A program made the translations under genes and the position numbers. Of a stretch of DNA of 64,000 nucleotides, positions 37,902-51,802 are shown piece after piece. The notes below the pieces were generated by a model. That model made no database searches. It was not told the DNA's origin and was given only the letters and a program-made list of their open reading frames with translations. Origin of the DNA: Octopus sinensis (lineage: Eukaryota); NCBI RefSeq assembly GCF_006345805.1, contig NC_043018.1:18228001-18292000 (forward strand), in the 5' to 3' direction. Positions within the stretch are counted from its first letter, which is position 1; every line of letters starts with the position of its first letter.

Positions 37902-39106
37902 TAATTAACTACCATTTATTAACTACCATTCACTGTCACAGTTCACTATTATCATTAACTTCACGTACACAAATAACATCCTCATAAAATTTGTACATCT
38001 CCCAACTATCACTACCATAACAAAAGACCCTGGAAACAGTCTGCAATTTAGGACATAACGACGTTCTCACATTCAGCAATACTAAGCGCAAATACTGATC
38101 AGAGAAAAGAAAGATTGAATTTTAATAAGGGGAAAACAAGTATAAAAGGAAATAGATAATGACATATTTGTGTCAAAGGAAAGAAGAAGAAGAAGAATGT
38201 ATGGTTTGTGTATTCCCTGTAGGCAGCAGAAGGAAGCAATCTATGTAGTAGATATATAAACGGTGATAATTTAGCTATTTCTCCTTAGATTGAAAATATG
38301 ATGAACAACCTTATTCGATTTTCGAACCTGAATGGGTCCTGAGCATAACTGTCAACATCAATTTGACCAATTCCGGAGAAACGGGCAACCAATCTGTTTA
38401 TACACTCAACAATTCCAGCAGCTACAGGGAACTGGGGCTACCAACTTGCTCACCGTGAGTGTTAATACTTTTGTTTTGTTTTTTAATAGTAAGGGCCTGT
38501 CAACTGGGATCTAAGTCCACACAGTAACAAGGTGTAATATAATAAATAACCTATGCGCTAGATGTATAAACAAGGTTAATTTTATTATCTCTCCGTAGAT
38601 TGGAAAAAAAAATAATGAAAAGTGGAACTAAGCTAGAAAAAGTGTAGTCGAAACCAATAAAAAAACTAGATGATCTTGAGAGCTTCAGATCTTTGCCACA
38701 CATGGAATCTTATACGATTGTTCGCAACACAATAAATTTGGTCAATGGTACTGAAAAATCGTATGATGTTAAATTGGCTGTTGCTTCGGTACCGAAAAAA
38801 ATAATTTAACTGTGGTGTTTTATTGATGCGAAAACACAACAGAGATTGTTCTACAAGTATCAGAACAACCATTTTTCTATGTTGATCAGTAAGATTTAAT
38901 TGCGACTAAGTTTCTTGGACAAGCACCTTTGACAGATTCGGTAAAATAGTATATTTAAGGTTCGGAAATCTCGAAGTGAAAGCAGTAAGAGATAGATGGG
39001 GGAGGGGAGAGAATGGGGAGACAGACAGAGACAGAGAGGGAGGGGAAGGAAGAGGGAGAGACAGACAGAAAGAGAGAGACAGAACGAGATAGAGATAGAC
39101 AGACAG

Positions 39107-39146
<40 letters not shown>

Positions 39147-39206
39147 TGAGATTGTAAACAAATGAAAGAAAAGAAAATAATACGGAAGATATTTGAACTG
39201 AGGTGT

Positions 39207-39630
39207 TTACTCTTTACTCTTTACTCTTTACTCTTTTACTTGTTTCAGTCATTTGACTGCGGCCATGCTGGAGCACCGCCTTTTTTCAGTCGAGCAAGTC
39301 GACCACGGGACTTATTCTTTGTAAGCCCAGTACTTATTCTATCGGTCTCTTTTGCCGAACCGCTAAGTGACGGGGACACACCAGCATCGGTTGTCAAGCA
39401 ATGCTTGGGGGACAAACACAGACACACAAACACACACACACATACATATATATATATACATATATACGACAGGCTTCTTTCAGTTTCCGTCTACCAAATC
39501 CACTCACAAGGCATTGGTCGGCCCGGGGCTATAGTAGAAGACACTTGCCCAAGATGCCACGCAGTGGGACTGAACCCGGAACCATGTGGTTGGTTAGCAA
39601 GCTACTTACCACACAGCCACTCCTGCGCCT
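39207..39630 (-). mobile_element. Full-length SINE family C
   Basis: Head GGCGCAGGAGTGGCTGTGTGG with GGTTCAGTCCC B-box; (GAGTAAA)n tail. Confidence 0.92.
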
Positions 39631-39739
39631 ATATGTGTTATGGATGATAGAAGTAAAATTTTCCAAATAAAATATCCAAGAGAGATTCTTAACAACTCAA
39701 AGACATTGCGCATTTTTGTAATTCATATACATTTTGAAA

Positions 39740-40125
39740 GTGGAGGCGCAATGGCCCAGTGGTTAGGGCAGCGGACTCGCGGTCGTAGGATCGCGATTTC
39801 GATTCCCAGACCGGGCGTTGTGAGTGTTTATTGAGCGAAAACACCTAAAAGGCTCCACGATGCTCCGGCAGGGGATGGTGGTGATCCCTCCTGTACTCTT
39901 TCACCACAACTTTCTCTCACACTTACTTCCTGTTTCTGTTGTAACTGTATTTCAAGGGGCCGGCCTTGTCACTCTCAGTGTCACGCTGAATATCTCCGAG
40001 AACTACGTTAAGGGTACACGTGTCTGTGGAGTGCTCAGCCACTTACACGTTAATTTCACGAGCAGGCTGTTCCGTTGATTCGCATCAACCGGAACCCTCG
40101 TCGTCGTAACCGACGGAGTGCTTCC
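39740..40125 (+). mobile_element. Full-length SINE family B
   Basis: 13-bp TSD ATACATTTTGAAA (39727-39 and 40126-38). Confidence 0.92.
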
Positions 40126-40489
40126 ATACATTTTGAAAACCCAATCCTGCTACACACAACATGAAACAAGATTCTGCTACGAAACCTCGATTATTCCATC
40201 AACTAACAACTAACGAACAAAACACCACTTGGTATCTCTCGTTCTTCAAATGTTCAATTCGGCGAAGAGATAGATTTCGCTATTATAGTTTCAAGTCAAG
40301 AATGAGAAAATGGTGTAAACCAGGAACAAAGAAGCAATAATGGTCAAAGCTATTTATCTAATGTTCCTTAATGAATACCAGTTATGAACATTTACCAAAA
40401 AATAACAATTTCTAATATCTCAAACAACGTTGCCCAAGTCAAATGTTTTCGGTGATCTTCTTACTGAGACAAATATTAGTTGAAGAAAT

Positions 40490-40574
40490 ATGATATATAT
40501 AATAATCTTATATTAATGAACATTGTTTATATATCATATATATATTATATATATATATATATACTATGTATATA

Positions 40575-40618
<44 letters not shown>

Positions 40619-40641
40619 GTATATTATAATATATGTGTGTG

Positions 40642-40727
<86 letters not shown>

Positions 40728-40752
40728 ATATTATATATATTATATATGTATG

Positions 40753-40786
<34 letters not shown>

Positions 40787-40796
40787 CATATATATG

Positions 40797-40854
<58 letters not shown>

Positions 40855-40885
40855 TATATATTATATAATATATATATATATGAGG
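40490..40885. repeat. Long (TA)n/(TATG) microsatellite
   Basis: Directly visible. Similar tracts at ~23030-23395, 42180-42545 and 46250-46870. Confidence 0.95.
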
Positions 40886-41160
40886 TATATTTGCCATCTC
40901 AATATGGCTAACCACTAAGGGTGGGTGTTACTTTAGCTTATACCTCGTTCAGAGAGATTTATTATATATATATAATTTCTATACATATGTGATAAAACCA
41001 AACAGGAAATTGGAATTTTTTAGGGGTATTATTTATTATTTATTCATCATTACATGTGTTTCATTTATCCTAATTACCTACACGATATGTAATATAAAAT
41101 ATATACTAATGGTTATATATGTGTGTGTATATTTACCGCCAATCGTAATGAATACATGGT

Positions 41161-41542
41161 GGAAGCACTCCGTCGGTTACGACGATGAGGGTTCCGGTTG
41201 ATCCGAATCAACGGAACAGCCTGCTCGTGAAATTAACGTGTAAGTGGCTGAGCACTCCACAGACACGTGCACCCTTAACGTAGTTCTCGGGGATATTCAG
41301 CGTGACACTGAGAGTGACAAGACCGGCCCCTTGAAATACAGGTACAACAGAAACAGGAAGTAAGAGTGAGAGAAAGTTGTGGTGAAAGAGTACAGCAGTG
41401 ATCACCACCATCCCCTGCCGGAGCCTCGTGGAGCTTTAGGTGTTTTCGCTCAATAAACACTCACAACGCCCGGTCTGGGAATCGAAACCGCAATCCTATG
41501 ACCACGAGTCCGCTGCCCTAACCACTGGGCCATTGGGCCTCC
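41161..41542 (-). mobile_element. Full-length SINE family B
   Basis: TSD AATGAATACAT (41147-57 and 41543-53). Confidence 0.92.
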
Positions 41543-42028
41543 AATGAATACATACACATACACACACACACATATACATATATCATGAGATGTTGGCAGC
41601 CATTAAGTTGAATAGCTCTTGCTAGACTTCTGTTTCTGGGAATGTTTTAAGACTTATCCCTCAGTCGCGAAGTTCCTTACAGAAGCAGAAATTACTGAAA
41701 ATTTAAATTACACGTATCTAAATGCAAACCAAATTATAGAATGAAGAAGATAAAGAAATTAAACGCCATTTGTTGCGCTTAAAGAAAATAAATTTTAGCT
41801 TAAATTTGACGACATTGAGCCATAATGTCCTGTATAATGTCGAAGAATTGAAGTGGAAATGCAAAAAATTACCAAAAGTAGAAATTACGTTCTATACATA
41901 TGCAGTCATTTGTGTGCGTGTGTTTGTGTGTTCTGTGTGTTCTGTGTGTGTGTGTGTGTGTCTGTGAATAGAAAATGTATACATTCATGGTTATAGATAT
42001 ATAGGTAGGTAAATATTATCATTGGCAC

Positions 42029-42073
<45 letters not shown>

Positions 42074-42182
42074 GTATGAACGATTACAACTTTTTCACCG
42101 TTTAAGAGCAGAATGAAATTGCATTTACATATTTATATATGTACGTATACAGTATATATTTATACATACATACATATATATA

Positions 42183-42264
<82 letters not shown>

Positions 42265-42354
42265 ATATATAATATATATGCATGTATGTGTGTGTATTAT
42301 GTACATGTCTATATACATTTATACATATATATATATGCATATATATATATAATA

Positions 42355-42405
<51 letters not shown>

Positions 42406-42406
42406 G

Positions 42407-42437
<31 letters not shown>

Positions 42438-42497
42438 CTATGTATATATATATATGTATATATCTATATATATATATATGTATATATTATATATATA

Positions 42498-42528
<31 letters not shown>

Positions 42529-43818
42529 ATACATATACATATATATGGCGTGGGTGTATTTGTGTGCGTAAACTGTAATTTCATTCTAATTTTAACACAG
42601 AGCGAAGAGGTAAAAAAACAAAACAACTGAACTTTTTGTATTTTCTTCAATCACCACCATAGAATCGGATGAGTGATATTTCCTGACATGAATTTACATA
42701 TGTAATTTAATCTAAAACGATCGTAGACAAATATTGCCAGGCCTAGATTACTTTAAATCACCTTAATTTCGTTGATATCGGTGACATTAATAAAAATATA
42801 ACATTTGCGGAACTAAATCATAGTTGAAGTGTTATGTGTCTATGTGTGTTTAGCTTCTTTCTGTATTTCGAAACTATTGGTTTGGTTTTGATGTTAGTGG
42901 ACGTGAAATTTGATACAGAAAAAGTAACAAAGAACTTTAAATATAATCTAAAAGAATCTAAATTCTCACATTGGTTAAAAGGGTATAATTTAGGAACATT
43001 CCGTCCGATTCTTTTGTTTGTATATCTCTTTGTTATTTAAAAACGTCTTTTTGTCATAAATTGTTAAACTATAGTTTTAAACAAGTCATGCACTCTCTAT
43101 AAAAAACACAACTTTTATGTCCAAAAACTGTGAAATTTATTTGTATTTTTTTTTTTGTATAAAATCGATTGACCAAGAAAGAAACAAAAATAAATCTAAA
43201 TTTCAGGTTATCAGTGAAAAAAATGTAAATAAATACAGTTGTTATCTTTAAACTTAAAACACAGATAGACTTGAAAGATTATTCTGAAAATTTGAAGATA
43301 AATCTTTTAGCAAACGTTCTCCCCAACGTATAGCGTCTCCATATAACACGAACGATAAGAGGTTTTGTAATCTGGAAAGAAAGAAACAAAGATGTCTAAC
43401 CATGAAATGAATTATAATTATAATAAAGATGATATTACTGATAGAATGATGCATGGTATTCGCTATAAAGGTGGGACGAAGACTCGATAATTTTCAGTAG
43501 TGATGTGTTAGATAAGAAGTTGTTTACTATTCAAATAGGAGAATGTTAAATGTCTGTTATCGTTAAGTTATCGCCCCGCTGGCCGAACAAAGATCCGTCA
43601 GTTCATATCGTCAATTTTTTTTTTGTCTGTATTTTTAAATGGCTTTTGTCAGAAAAGGAAATACAATGGCCATGACATTTCCTCAGGACGTTCTGAGTCG
43701 GGTGAGAGGAAGTAATTAAGTTATCGCCACGCCACAGAACAAACCTGAATTCTTACAACAATGTAGTGTTTGCTAAAGACATCCACCGACCAGGAGGTCT
43801 TAAGCAAGGTGACGGATT

Positions 43819-44030
43819 AAGTCTACCATTAAAAGCCAAGTCTACCATTATAAGCCAAGTCTACCATTAAAAGCCAAGTCTACCATTAAAAGCCAAGTCT
43901 ACCATTAAAAGCCAAGTCCACCATTAAAAGTCAAGTCTACCATTAAAAGTCAAGTCTACCATTAAAAGCCAAGTCTACCATTAAAAGCCAAGTCTACCAT
44001 TAAAAGCCAAGTCTACCATTAAAAGCCAAG
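43819..44030. repeat. 19-bp minisatellite, 11 copies (AAGTCTACCATTAAAAGCC)
   Basis: Counted directly; minor variants in units 2, 6 and 7; no spacers. Confidence 0.95.
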
Positions 44031-44527
44031 AATCCAGGGAAATGGGGAACTCCCATATTTCATACATGAAGCGCTGGCTGACGTCGCGTATTTGTAAACG
44101 ATATTTGCGCGACGGATCATAAGGGAGAGATGAATGGAATTCGAAAGCCTAGAGTTAAAGAAAAGTGTCACGCAGTCACGTTTGCTTCTATTACAACTTT
44201 AATGGCCATGTCTAAAGCTTTTCAATCACTGAATAATATTTTGTACATTGCTTTAAATAAGCAATACAGACTGACGTAGATCTCCGTTTCTTGATGGCGG
44301 AGGTGTTTTGCGCGTTTTCGCTATCACTCATAATGGAGGTGTCTTGTGGTTTTAGTTGCATAACGCTACAGTGTTTCGCTGATTTGCAGTCCTGCTTCGT
44401 ATCTATCCTAGATATATCGTCGAAAGGAATTTTATAAAGCTAATCGCTGTTTGCAATAAGCGTTTAATTAAAAATATCAAACGATTCACTGCTTTCATGA
44501 CAAAGAAATTGAAGCTAGATATAGTGT

Positions 44528-44734
44528 ATACTCTCTTTACTCTTTTACTTGTTTCAGTCATTTGACTGCGGCCATGCTGGAGCACCGCCTTTAGTCGAGC
44601 AAATCGACCCCGGGACTTATTCTTTTTGTAAGCCCAGTACTTATTCTATCGGTCTCTTTTTGCCGAACCGCTAAGTGACGGGGACGTAAACACACCAGCA
44701 TCGGTTGTTAAACAATGCTAGGGGAACAAACACA

Positions 44735-44805
<71 letters not shown>

Positions 44806-44961
44806 CGACAGGCTTCTTTCAGTTTCGAGATCTACTCACAAGGCATTGGTCGGCCCGGGGCTATAGTAGAAGACACTTGCCCAAGATGCCACGCAGTGGG
44901 ACTGAACCCGGAACCATGTGGTTGGTTAGCAAGCTACTTACCACACAGCCACTCCTGCGCC
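44528..44961 (-). mobile_element. Full-length SINE family C
   Basis: TSD TATAGTGT (44520-27 and 44962-69). Confidence 0.9.
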
Positions 44962-45209
44962 TATAGTGTCATATTCCTAAAAACTCAAACGAAACAATAT
45001 AATATTACTGAGTCTGGGGTAAGGGGCAATGCCCATAACTTTTGAAGGCCTTCCAAGATTGGTGAACTTGTCGTTGCTAATAGTCTCTTTAAACTGTTGT
45101 AGGCCAATCCATGTAGGAAAGGAATGACATGAGCAGAAAGGAGGAGCCAAAGGGCCGAGGTTTTAGAGAATAAAAGGGGACTGAATCAAACGAATAAAAT
45201 TTGCCCTTT

Positions 45210-45375
45210 TAAGAGGGGATGCTGAAAAGTTCCTGGCTTTAATGGTCTCGCGACAGGCCTGATGGACTGCCGGCCTTCCAAGTTCTTTTACAGAGCTTCT
45301 AAAAAACCTGAAGGACTACTGCAATAAGCATGTGAATCTGAGAGGGGAAAATGTTGAATAAAATCATAATTTATC
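45210..45375 (+). mobile_element. Mariner-derived internally deleted element
   Basis: GAGGGGATGCTGAAAAGTTCC TIR-like start; 3' end resembles the mariner C-terminus (xKxVNLRGENVE*). Confidence 0.6.
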
Positions 45376-46277
45376 TCACAAGAACGCTTATCGAGAACAT
45401 GTGTACAAATCTTTTTTGAAATACAATTTTTTGCAACATTTGAGTTGTTTTATAGAATTACCAAATATGTTCTCCAATATCTCTCGCAGCCTGAAGAGAA
45501 ACAAAATTATTCATTGTAAATCCTTTTGTGAAAATCCTCAATTAGAAACGTAGAGGAAGTTGTTCGGGCAACCTCATTTTTCATTTCTGTCTAACTCGGC
45601 TCATTTGAGGTACGAACATCTTGCTGTGTGTCCTCGGGATAAATGAAGCTAATAAAAAAAATATATATAGGATCAGTTCTTTGTTCGGAGTAAGAGATAA
45701 GTCTCCTTTGTACTGATTGCTATGTCGATTCTTATTTAGGCAGAGAAGAGAAAAAGAAACAACAAATAAAAACAATAATAATGCCAATCGTAATAACAAG
45801 AAAATAATGATAATTCCAATAATAATGATAAATAAATAATAAAGCAATAAGCAAGTAGGATTTAAAGAGACAGAATGTTGTGGGAAGCTACGCTAGAATT
45901 GCATGTCAAATTATAAACTATATTTAGATGTAATGCACCAACAAAAACTTTGAAAATGAACGCTAATACAAATTGCGCCCTTCGGCTTTTAAAATAATCA
46001 TTATTGATAGAATACAATGTGACTTATGAAGAAGTGATTACCCTACCCCCTGTGGCTTAAGCACTTCCCTCATCGTTTTCGGAATCAGCTACCAGAAACT
46101 ACCTACATTGAATTGCTATCTCTTATTCAGCAGAATTTCTTTCAGGCCACTGGAACACATCTTTGGTTTGTATGTAAATCCCAAAATGATTTATAAGCAT
46201 ATAACGATATCTGTATATCGCCCACACATTCTCTTCCTCTCCCTCTCTAAACATACATATGTATACATGTATATATG

Positions 46278-46343
<66 letters not shown>

Positions 46344-46644
46344 TATATATATGTATATATATATATAGAATATATATATATATATATATATATGTAATAT
46401 ATATATGTATATATATATATATATATTTACTATAATATATATATATGTATATATATATACATATATTATATATAATTATATATTATATATATACATATAT
46501 TATATTATGTATATATATATATGTATATATAATATATATATTATATATATATGTATATATATAATCTATATACTATTATATGTATATATATATATGTCGA
46601 TATATATATATATATATTATATATATGTATATATATATAATATA

Positions 46645-46685
<41 letters not shown>

Positions 46686-46699
46686 ATAATATATATGTA

Positions 46700-46734
<35 letters not shown>

Positions 46735-46835
46735 TTATGTATGTATGGTATATAATCTATATATATTATATATATATATATATATATTATTTACATAAAT
46801 ACATATATAAATATATATATATTATATAATTATAC

Positions 46836-46869
<34 letters not shown>

Positions 46870-46957
46870 CGCACAAACTAAAAGTATATATATATACATA
46901 TATAGGTATGTGTGTGTTACATGTGTGTATATTTACATATATGTCATTACATATATT

Positions 46958-46997
<40 letters not shown>

Positions 46998-47343
46998 TAA
47001 AGTATGTATGCATGTATCCACATGGGTGTATGTGTGCGTGTGTGTATATAATGTGAAAGCCAGATTCGGGAGAGAAGTGAGAACGGAAGTGGTTGAATTC
47101 ATTGTATTATGTAAGTGAATAAATAAAGATAGAGAAACAAATATATTTAAAGAGAAAAAGAAAGAAGGAGACAGATAAGAGAAGACGATAGAATGTGTTA
47201 TCTATACACAAATTTTATTAATATTATGCGTATATATACATGCATACATACGTATTTATACATATATATGTACACACGTAAGCACCACACATGCATATAT
47301 ATATATGCGTAAATATATACACTTAAACTAACACATATGCATA

Positions 47344-47386
<43 letters not shown>

Positions 47387-47584
47387 GTGTATATATATAT
47401 ATACGTATATATATATAATTATACAAAGAAAGAGAGCGAGAGAGATGTGTGTGAGTATATGTGTGAGTGTGAGTGCGCGTGTGTGTACATATATGTTTGT
47501 TACATAAATAGAGATTAAACTAAACACCACACATGCATATATATATATACGTAATATATACACACATATGCATATATATGTATG

Positions 47585-47638
<54 letters not shown>

Positions 47639-48278
47639 TACGTAATAATATATATAGTTATACAGAGAAAGCGAGAGAGAGAGAGCGAGAAGAGATGTGT
47701 GTGAGTATGTGTGTGTGTGTATGTGTAGTGTGTGTGTGTACGTATATGTTTGGTTACATATAGAGATTACACATAGTTATGCATAAATCAGCGTTTGCGT
47801 GAGTTTGTGTGTTTCTGAGCGTGTACATGGACGAATGGCATGTGCGTGCTTGCGTCTGCGCAGTATGTGCTAGTTTCCATGAATAGGTGTATAAGCTATG
47901 TATAAAGATGGAAGAGAAGAGACGATGTGCTGAGCCAATCTGGTTATTGCTTAATGGATGTTTGAAACTCTGTCATGTCTGTAATAAGCGATTTTCTTCA
48001 ATAAATAGCTTTGAGTTTTTAATGACAGTTTTGTTAACTTTCACTTATTTTGCTTTTCACGGCTGTTTTATTCTTTGTTTGTGCGTATTTTATTCATGTT
48101 AGCCTTGTTTTCATCTAGTAATAATCCTAAAAGAGAATTAATACAATAGAAGTCTCCATTTTGGATTTTTTTTGCCATATATGTACGTGTGTGTGCATAT
48201 ATATATATGTATGTATAAATTTTTGTGTCTATGTATGTATAAGTATGTTTTATACGTATATACGTGTTTATATATGTA

Positions 48279-48355
<77 letters not shown>

Positions 48356-48810
48356 GTGGTAGATATAGATATAGATATAGATATACATATACATATACAT
48401 ATACATATATATGCATATATATCATATATCTATATATAATGTATATACATATATATATATGCGTGTTTGTATGTGTGTGCGAGCGTATGTGTTTGTGTGC
48501 GTGTGTGTGTGTGCGTGTGTGTGTGTGTGTGTGTTGCAAACAAGCATAAAGATATATGAATGGCTGCACACACTCGTTTTTGAAGGTGTCAGTGTGTGAC
48601 ATGTGACTGACTGCATCTATGTGGGCTTCTGAGTGAATATTGGTGCTATATATATATACACACATGTGTGCATGTGTGCGTGAAGTTATGTATATAGATA
48701 TATGCATGTATATGAGTGTCTGCATATATATATAATATATATATATATGTGTATGCATATATATGCATATGTATATGTGTTATACTTACATACATACAAA
48801 TAAACATTCA

Positions 48811-48860
<50 letters not shown>

Positions 48861-49141
48861 ATAATTATATGAGGAGAGAGAGAGAGAGAGAGAGAGAGAC
48901 ATACCTTCATTTGTATATGTGCAGTTATGTGTAACCGTATATATGAAAGTTATGTAATCATGTCATCGCTGTCTGGTACAAAATGGGTTTGTACATAGAT
49001 TGCTTGTGTGTGACTAGACTATAACTCCATACACACACACATATATATGTATGGACTTATGCATGCATATACTATTTAAATATATCAGGATATATATGCA
49101 TGTATATATATATATATATATGTATATTTATGCATACACCC

Positions 49142-49184
<43 letters not shown>

Positions 49185-49537
49185 GTGCGAGCCATATAGA
49201 CTTGTGATAATACGTTTCTTCAAAGCTGCTGCTACGTACCTCCACACTTCTCCAAACTCTAATTTCGACACTACTTATGCAAACTGAATCATGCAACTCA
49301 AACAATAAGCATGTGGCTTAAACATATGGGTATGTGTGTGTGTGTGTGTGTGTGTGCACATCTTTGATATCTTTTGTATATGCGTGCGTGTACATAATAC
49401 TGGGATTACATTTTTAATAAGTGTGTAGGTGTATACCTACACACGCACATAAAAATTTATATATATATATACATATATATATATATGTATGTATATTATT
49501 TATATATATATATGTATGTATATATATATATATATTT

Positions 49538-49596
<59 letters not shown>

Positions 49597-50139
49597 TGCA
49601 TATGACAGTGGAAAATCTAGCGAAATAAAGTTAGATGGCGGATGTGATAGTGAGGAGGGAGGCAGCAAATGAGTGAGAGAGAGAGAGAGAAGGAGGAGCG
49701 AGAGAAAGAGGGGAAGAAGGAAGGAAAGAAAGGAGATATGAAGCGAATCTTTTGAGAGACATGGGAAAGGTAAAACTCTGCCATTAGCGAATGGTCACCA
49801 AAAACAACATAATTTCTTTTTTCCACACACCCGCCATCATGTCTGCTGGCTGTGAACACCACCACCACTACCACCACTACCACCACCACCGCCACCACCA
49901 CCACGACCAGCAACAATAACGAACAACACCCCCACCACTAACCCCACAACTGATACTGCTACCGCTACTCACTCATTTGCGGACTACTACTACTACTACC
50001 AGAGAGGATGATGATGGACATGTTGATGATGATGATGATGATGATGACGATGATGATGATGATGATGATGATGGATGATGAAGATGATGATGATGATGTG
50101 ATGATGATGATGATGATGATGATTATGATGATGACATGT

Positions 50140-50175
<36 letters not shown>

Positions 50176-50326
50176 GATGATGATGATGATGATGATGATG
50201 AGATGATGATGATGATGATGATGATGAAACTAATATGAAATAATAATAATAATAATATACTAATAATAATAATAATGATAATAATAATAATAATAATAAT
50301 CATAATAATAATAATAATAATAATAA

Positions 50327-50357
<31 letters not shown>

Positions 50358-50423
50358 AAGAAGAAGAAGAAGAAGAAGAAACAGAAGACGAAGACGAAGA
50401 AGAAGAAGGAGAAGGAGAAACAA

Positions 50424-50850
50424 TAAACAGTACTATCTCTGACTCCCGTCCTGTCTAAGAAAGGATTATATTCCCAGACGTATATACACTCGTATCTGTG
50501 GCAGCACTATGGAGTGACAGCAGAAGAAATTGCATAATCATATTCCTACAAAAATGTCTCACAAAATGATAAAGCAGCGATACCTTGGGATATGCCAATA
50601 CACACAGATAGAGAGATCAAGGCTAATAAGCCAGATATTATTGTTGAGGACTGAGAGAAAAAGTGCCTGGTAACCAGCATATTAGTCTTAATAAATGACA
50701 ATGTGTCTCTAAAAGAGGCGAAGAAACTCTCGAAATACAAAAATCTATAAATAGAGATAATCCGAATGTGGTGCTTAAGAAAATAATCTCTATGATAATA
50801 GTTGCATTAGGTATTGTTTAAAAAGGTACAGGATGTATATAAAACCACAA
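50424..50850 (+). mobile_element. Degenerate Dong/R4 LINE fragment (zinc knuckle to restriction-like endonuclease)
   Basis: Translates ..PWDMPIHTDREIKANKPDIIVED*EKKCL..NVSLKEAKKLSKYKNL*IEIIRMW.. Confidence 0.85.
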
Positions 50851-50920
50851 AATCAGGAATTACGAGTATACATATATATACATATACATGCATACACACA
50901 CACACACACATATATATATG

Positions 50921-51150
50921 TGCGGCGAGCTGGCAGAAACGTTAGCACGCTGGGCGAAATGCGTAGTCGTTTTTCGTCTGCCGTTACGTTCTGAGTTCAA
51001 ATTCCGCCGAGGTCGACTTTGCCTTTCATCCTTTCGGGGTCGATAAATTAAGTACCAGTTACACACTGGGGTCGATGTAATCAACTTAATCCCTTTGTCA
51101 GTCCTTGTTTGTCCCCTCTATGTTTAGCCCCTTGTGGGTAGTAAAGAAAT
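50921..51150 (+). mobile_element. Full-length SINE family A
   Basis: Match to 30668-30899. Confidence 0.9.
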
Positions 51151-51179
51151 ACATATATATATATAACATAAAGGAAATA

Positions 51180-51470
51180 ACACATTTATGGTTATATGGG
51201 AATGTGCCAACTTTTTCATCGACCATCCAGGAGTGAAGATTGAGGGATACTGGCCACTGCTGGAGAAGTAAAGAACTTGTGAGTAATGTGTTGCTGTGGA
51301 CACCAAATCATGGTACCACAGCGGCTGGAAGACCACGGTAGACATAAATACAACAGCTTGTAGAAGATGTTGGATGCCACGTTCAAGACCTAAGAACACT
51401 AATGGAAGACCGGGAGGGATGGAGAACAGGTAGTCAGGATGGCCCGGGCAATTAGCCTGACTGGATGATG
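51180..51470 (+). mobile_element. RTE-clade LINE 3' fragment
   Basis: GHCWRSKELVSNVLLWTPNHG..GRPR*T*IQQLVEDVGCHVQDLRTLMEDREGWR. Confidence 0.85.
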
Positions 51471-51742
51471 CGTCGTTAAAAAAAAATACTAATAATAATA
51501 ATAGCTTCAAATTTTGGTGCAAGACCAGTAATTTTAAACGGGTATGTCTGTAATTACTTTATCGGCCCAAGTATTCAACCGGTAATTACTTTATCGACTC
51601 CGAAAGGATGAAAGGCAAAGTCGGCTTTGGCGGAGTTTGAAATCGCAATATAAAAAGTCAGAACCTATACTTGAAAGCTTTATACAGCGCTCTAACGAGT
51701 CCACCAATCCATTGTTCTGGCACTACTATACTACTACTACTA

Positions 51743-51802
<60 letters not shown>

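Larger units (their letters stand above)
36219..43040 (+). pseudogene. Unrecognised multi-exon gene or pseudogene, probably a secreted or membrane glycoprotein
   Basis: Candidate exons 36219-36339, 36649-36743, 37023-37135, 38289-38454, 38599-38888 (or 38940), ~41665-41877 and 42741-43040. The first four have GTAAGT or GTGAGT donors, and most have pyrimidine-AG acceptors. Exons 3-4-5 join in matching phase. Many NxS/T sequons; hydrophobic stretch in the last block; in-frame stops and two frameshifts. Confidence 0.55.

Noticed and set aside
43819-44030. CRISPR-like regular repeat
   Set aside because: Units are contiguous with no spacers, there are no cas genes, and the context is eukaryotic.
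47200-47770. ~240-bp duplication of TA/CA/GA low-complexity sequence (similar small ones at 27620-27840 and 54500-54620)
   Set aside because: Ordinary slippage duplication in simple-sequence DNA with no further structure.
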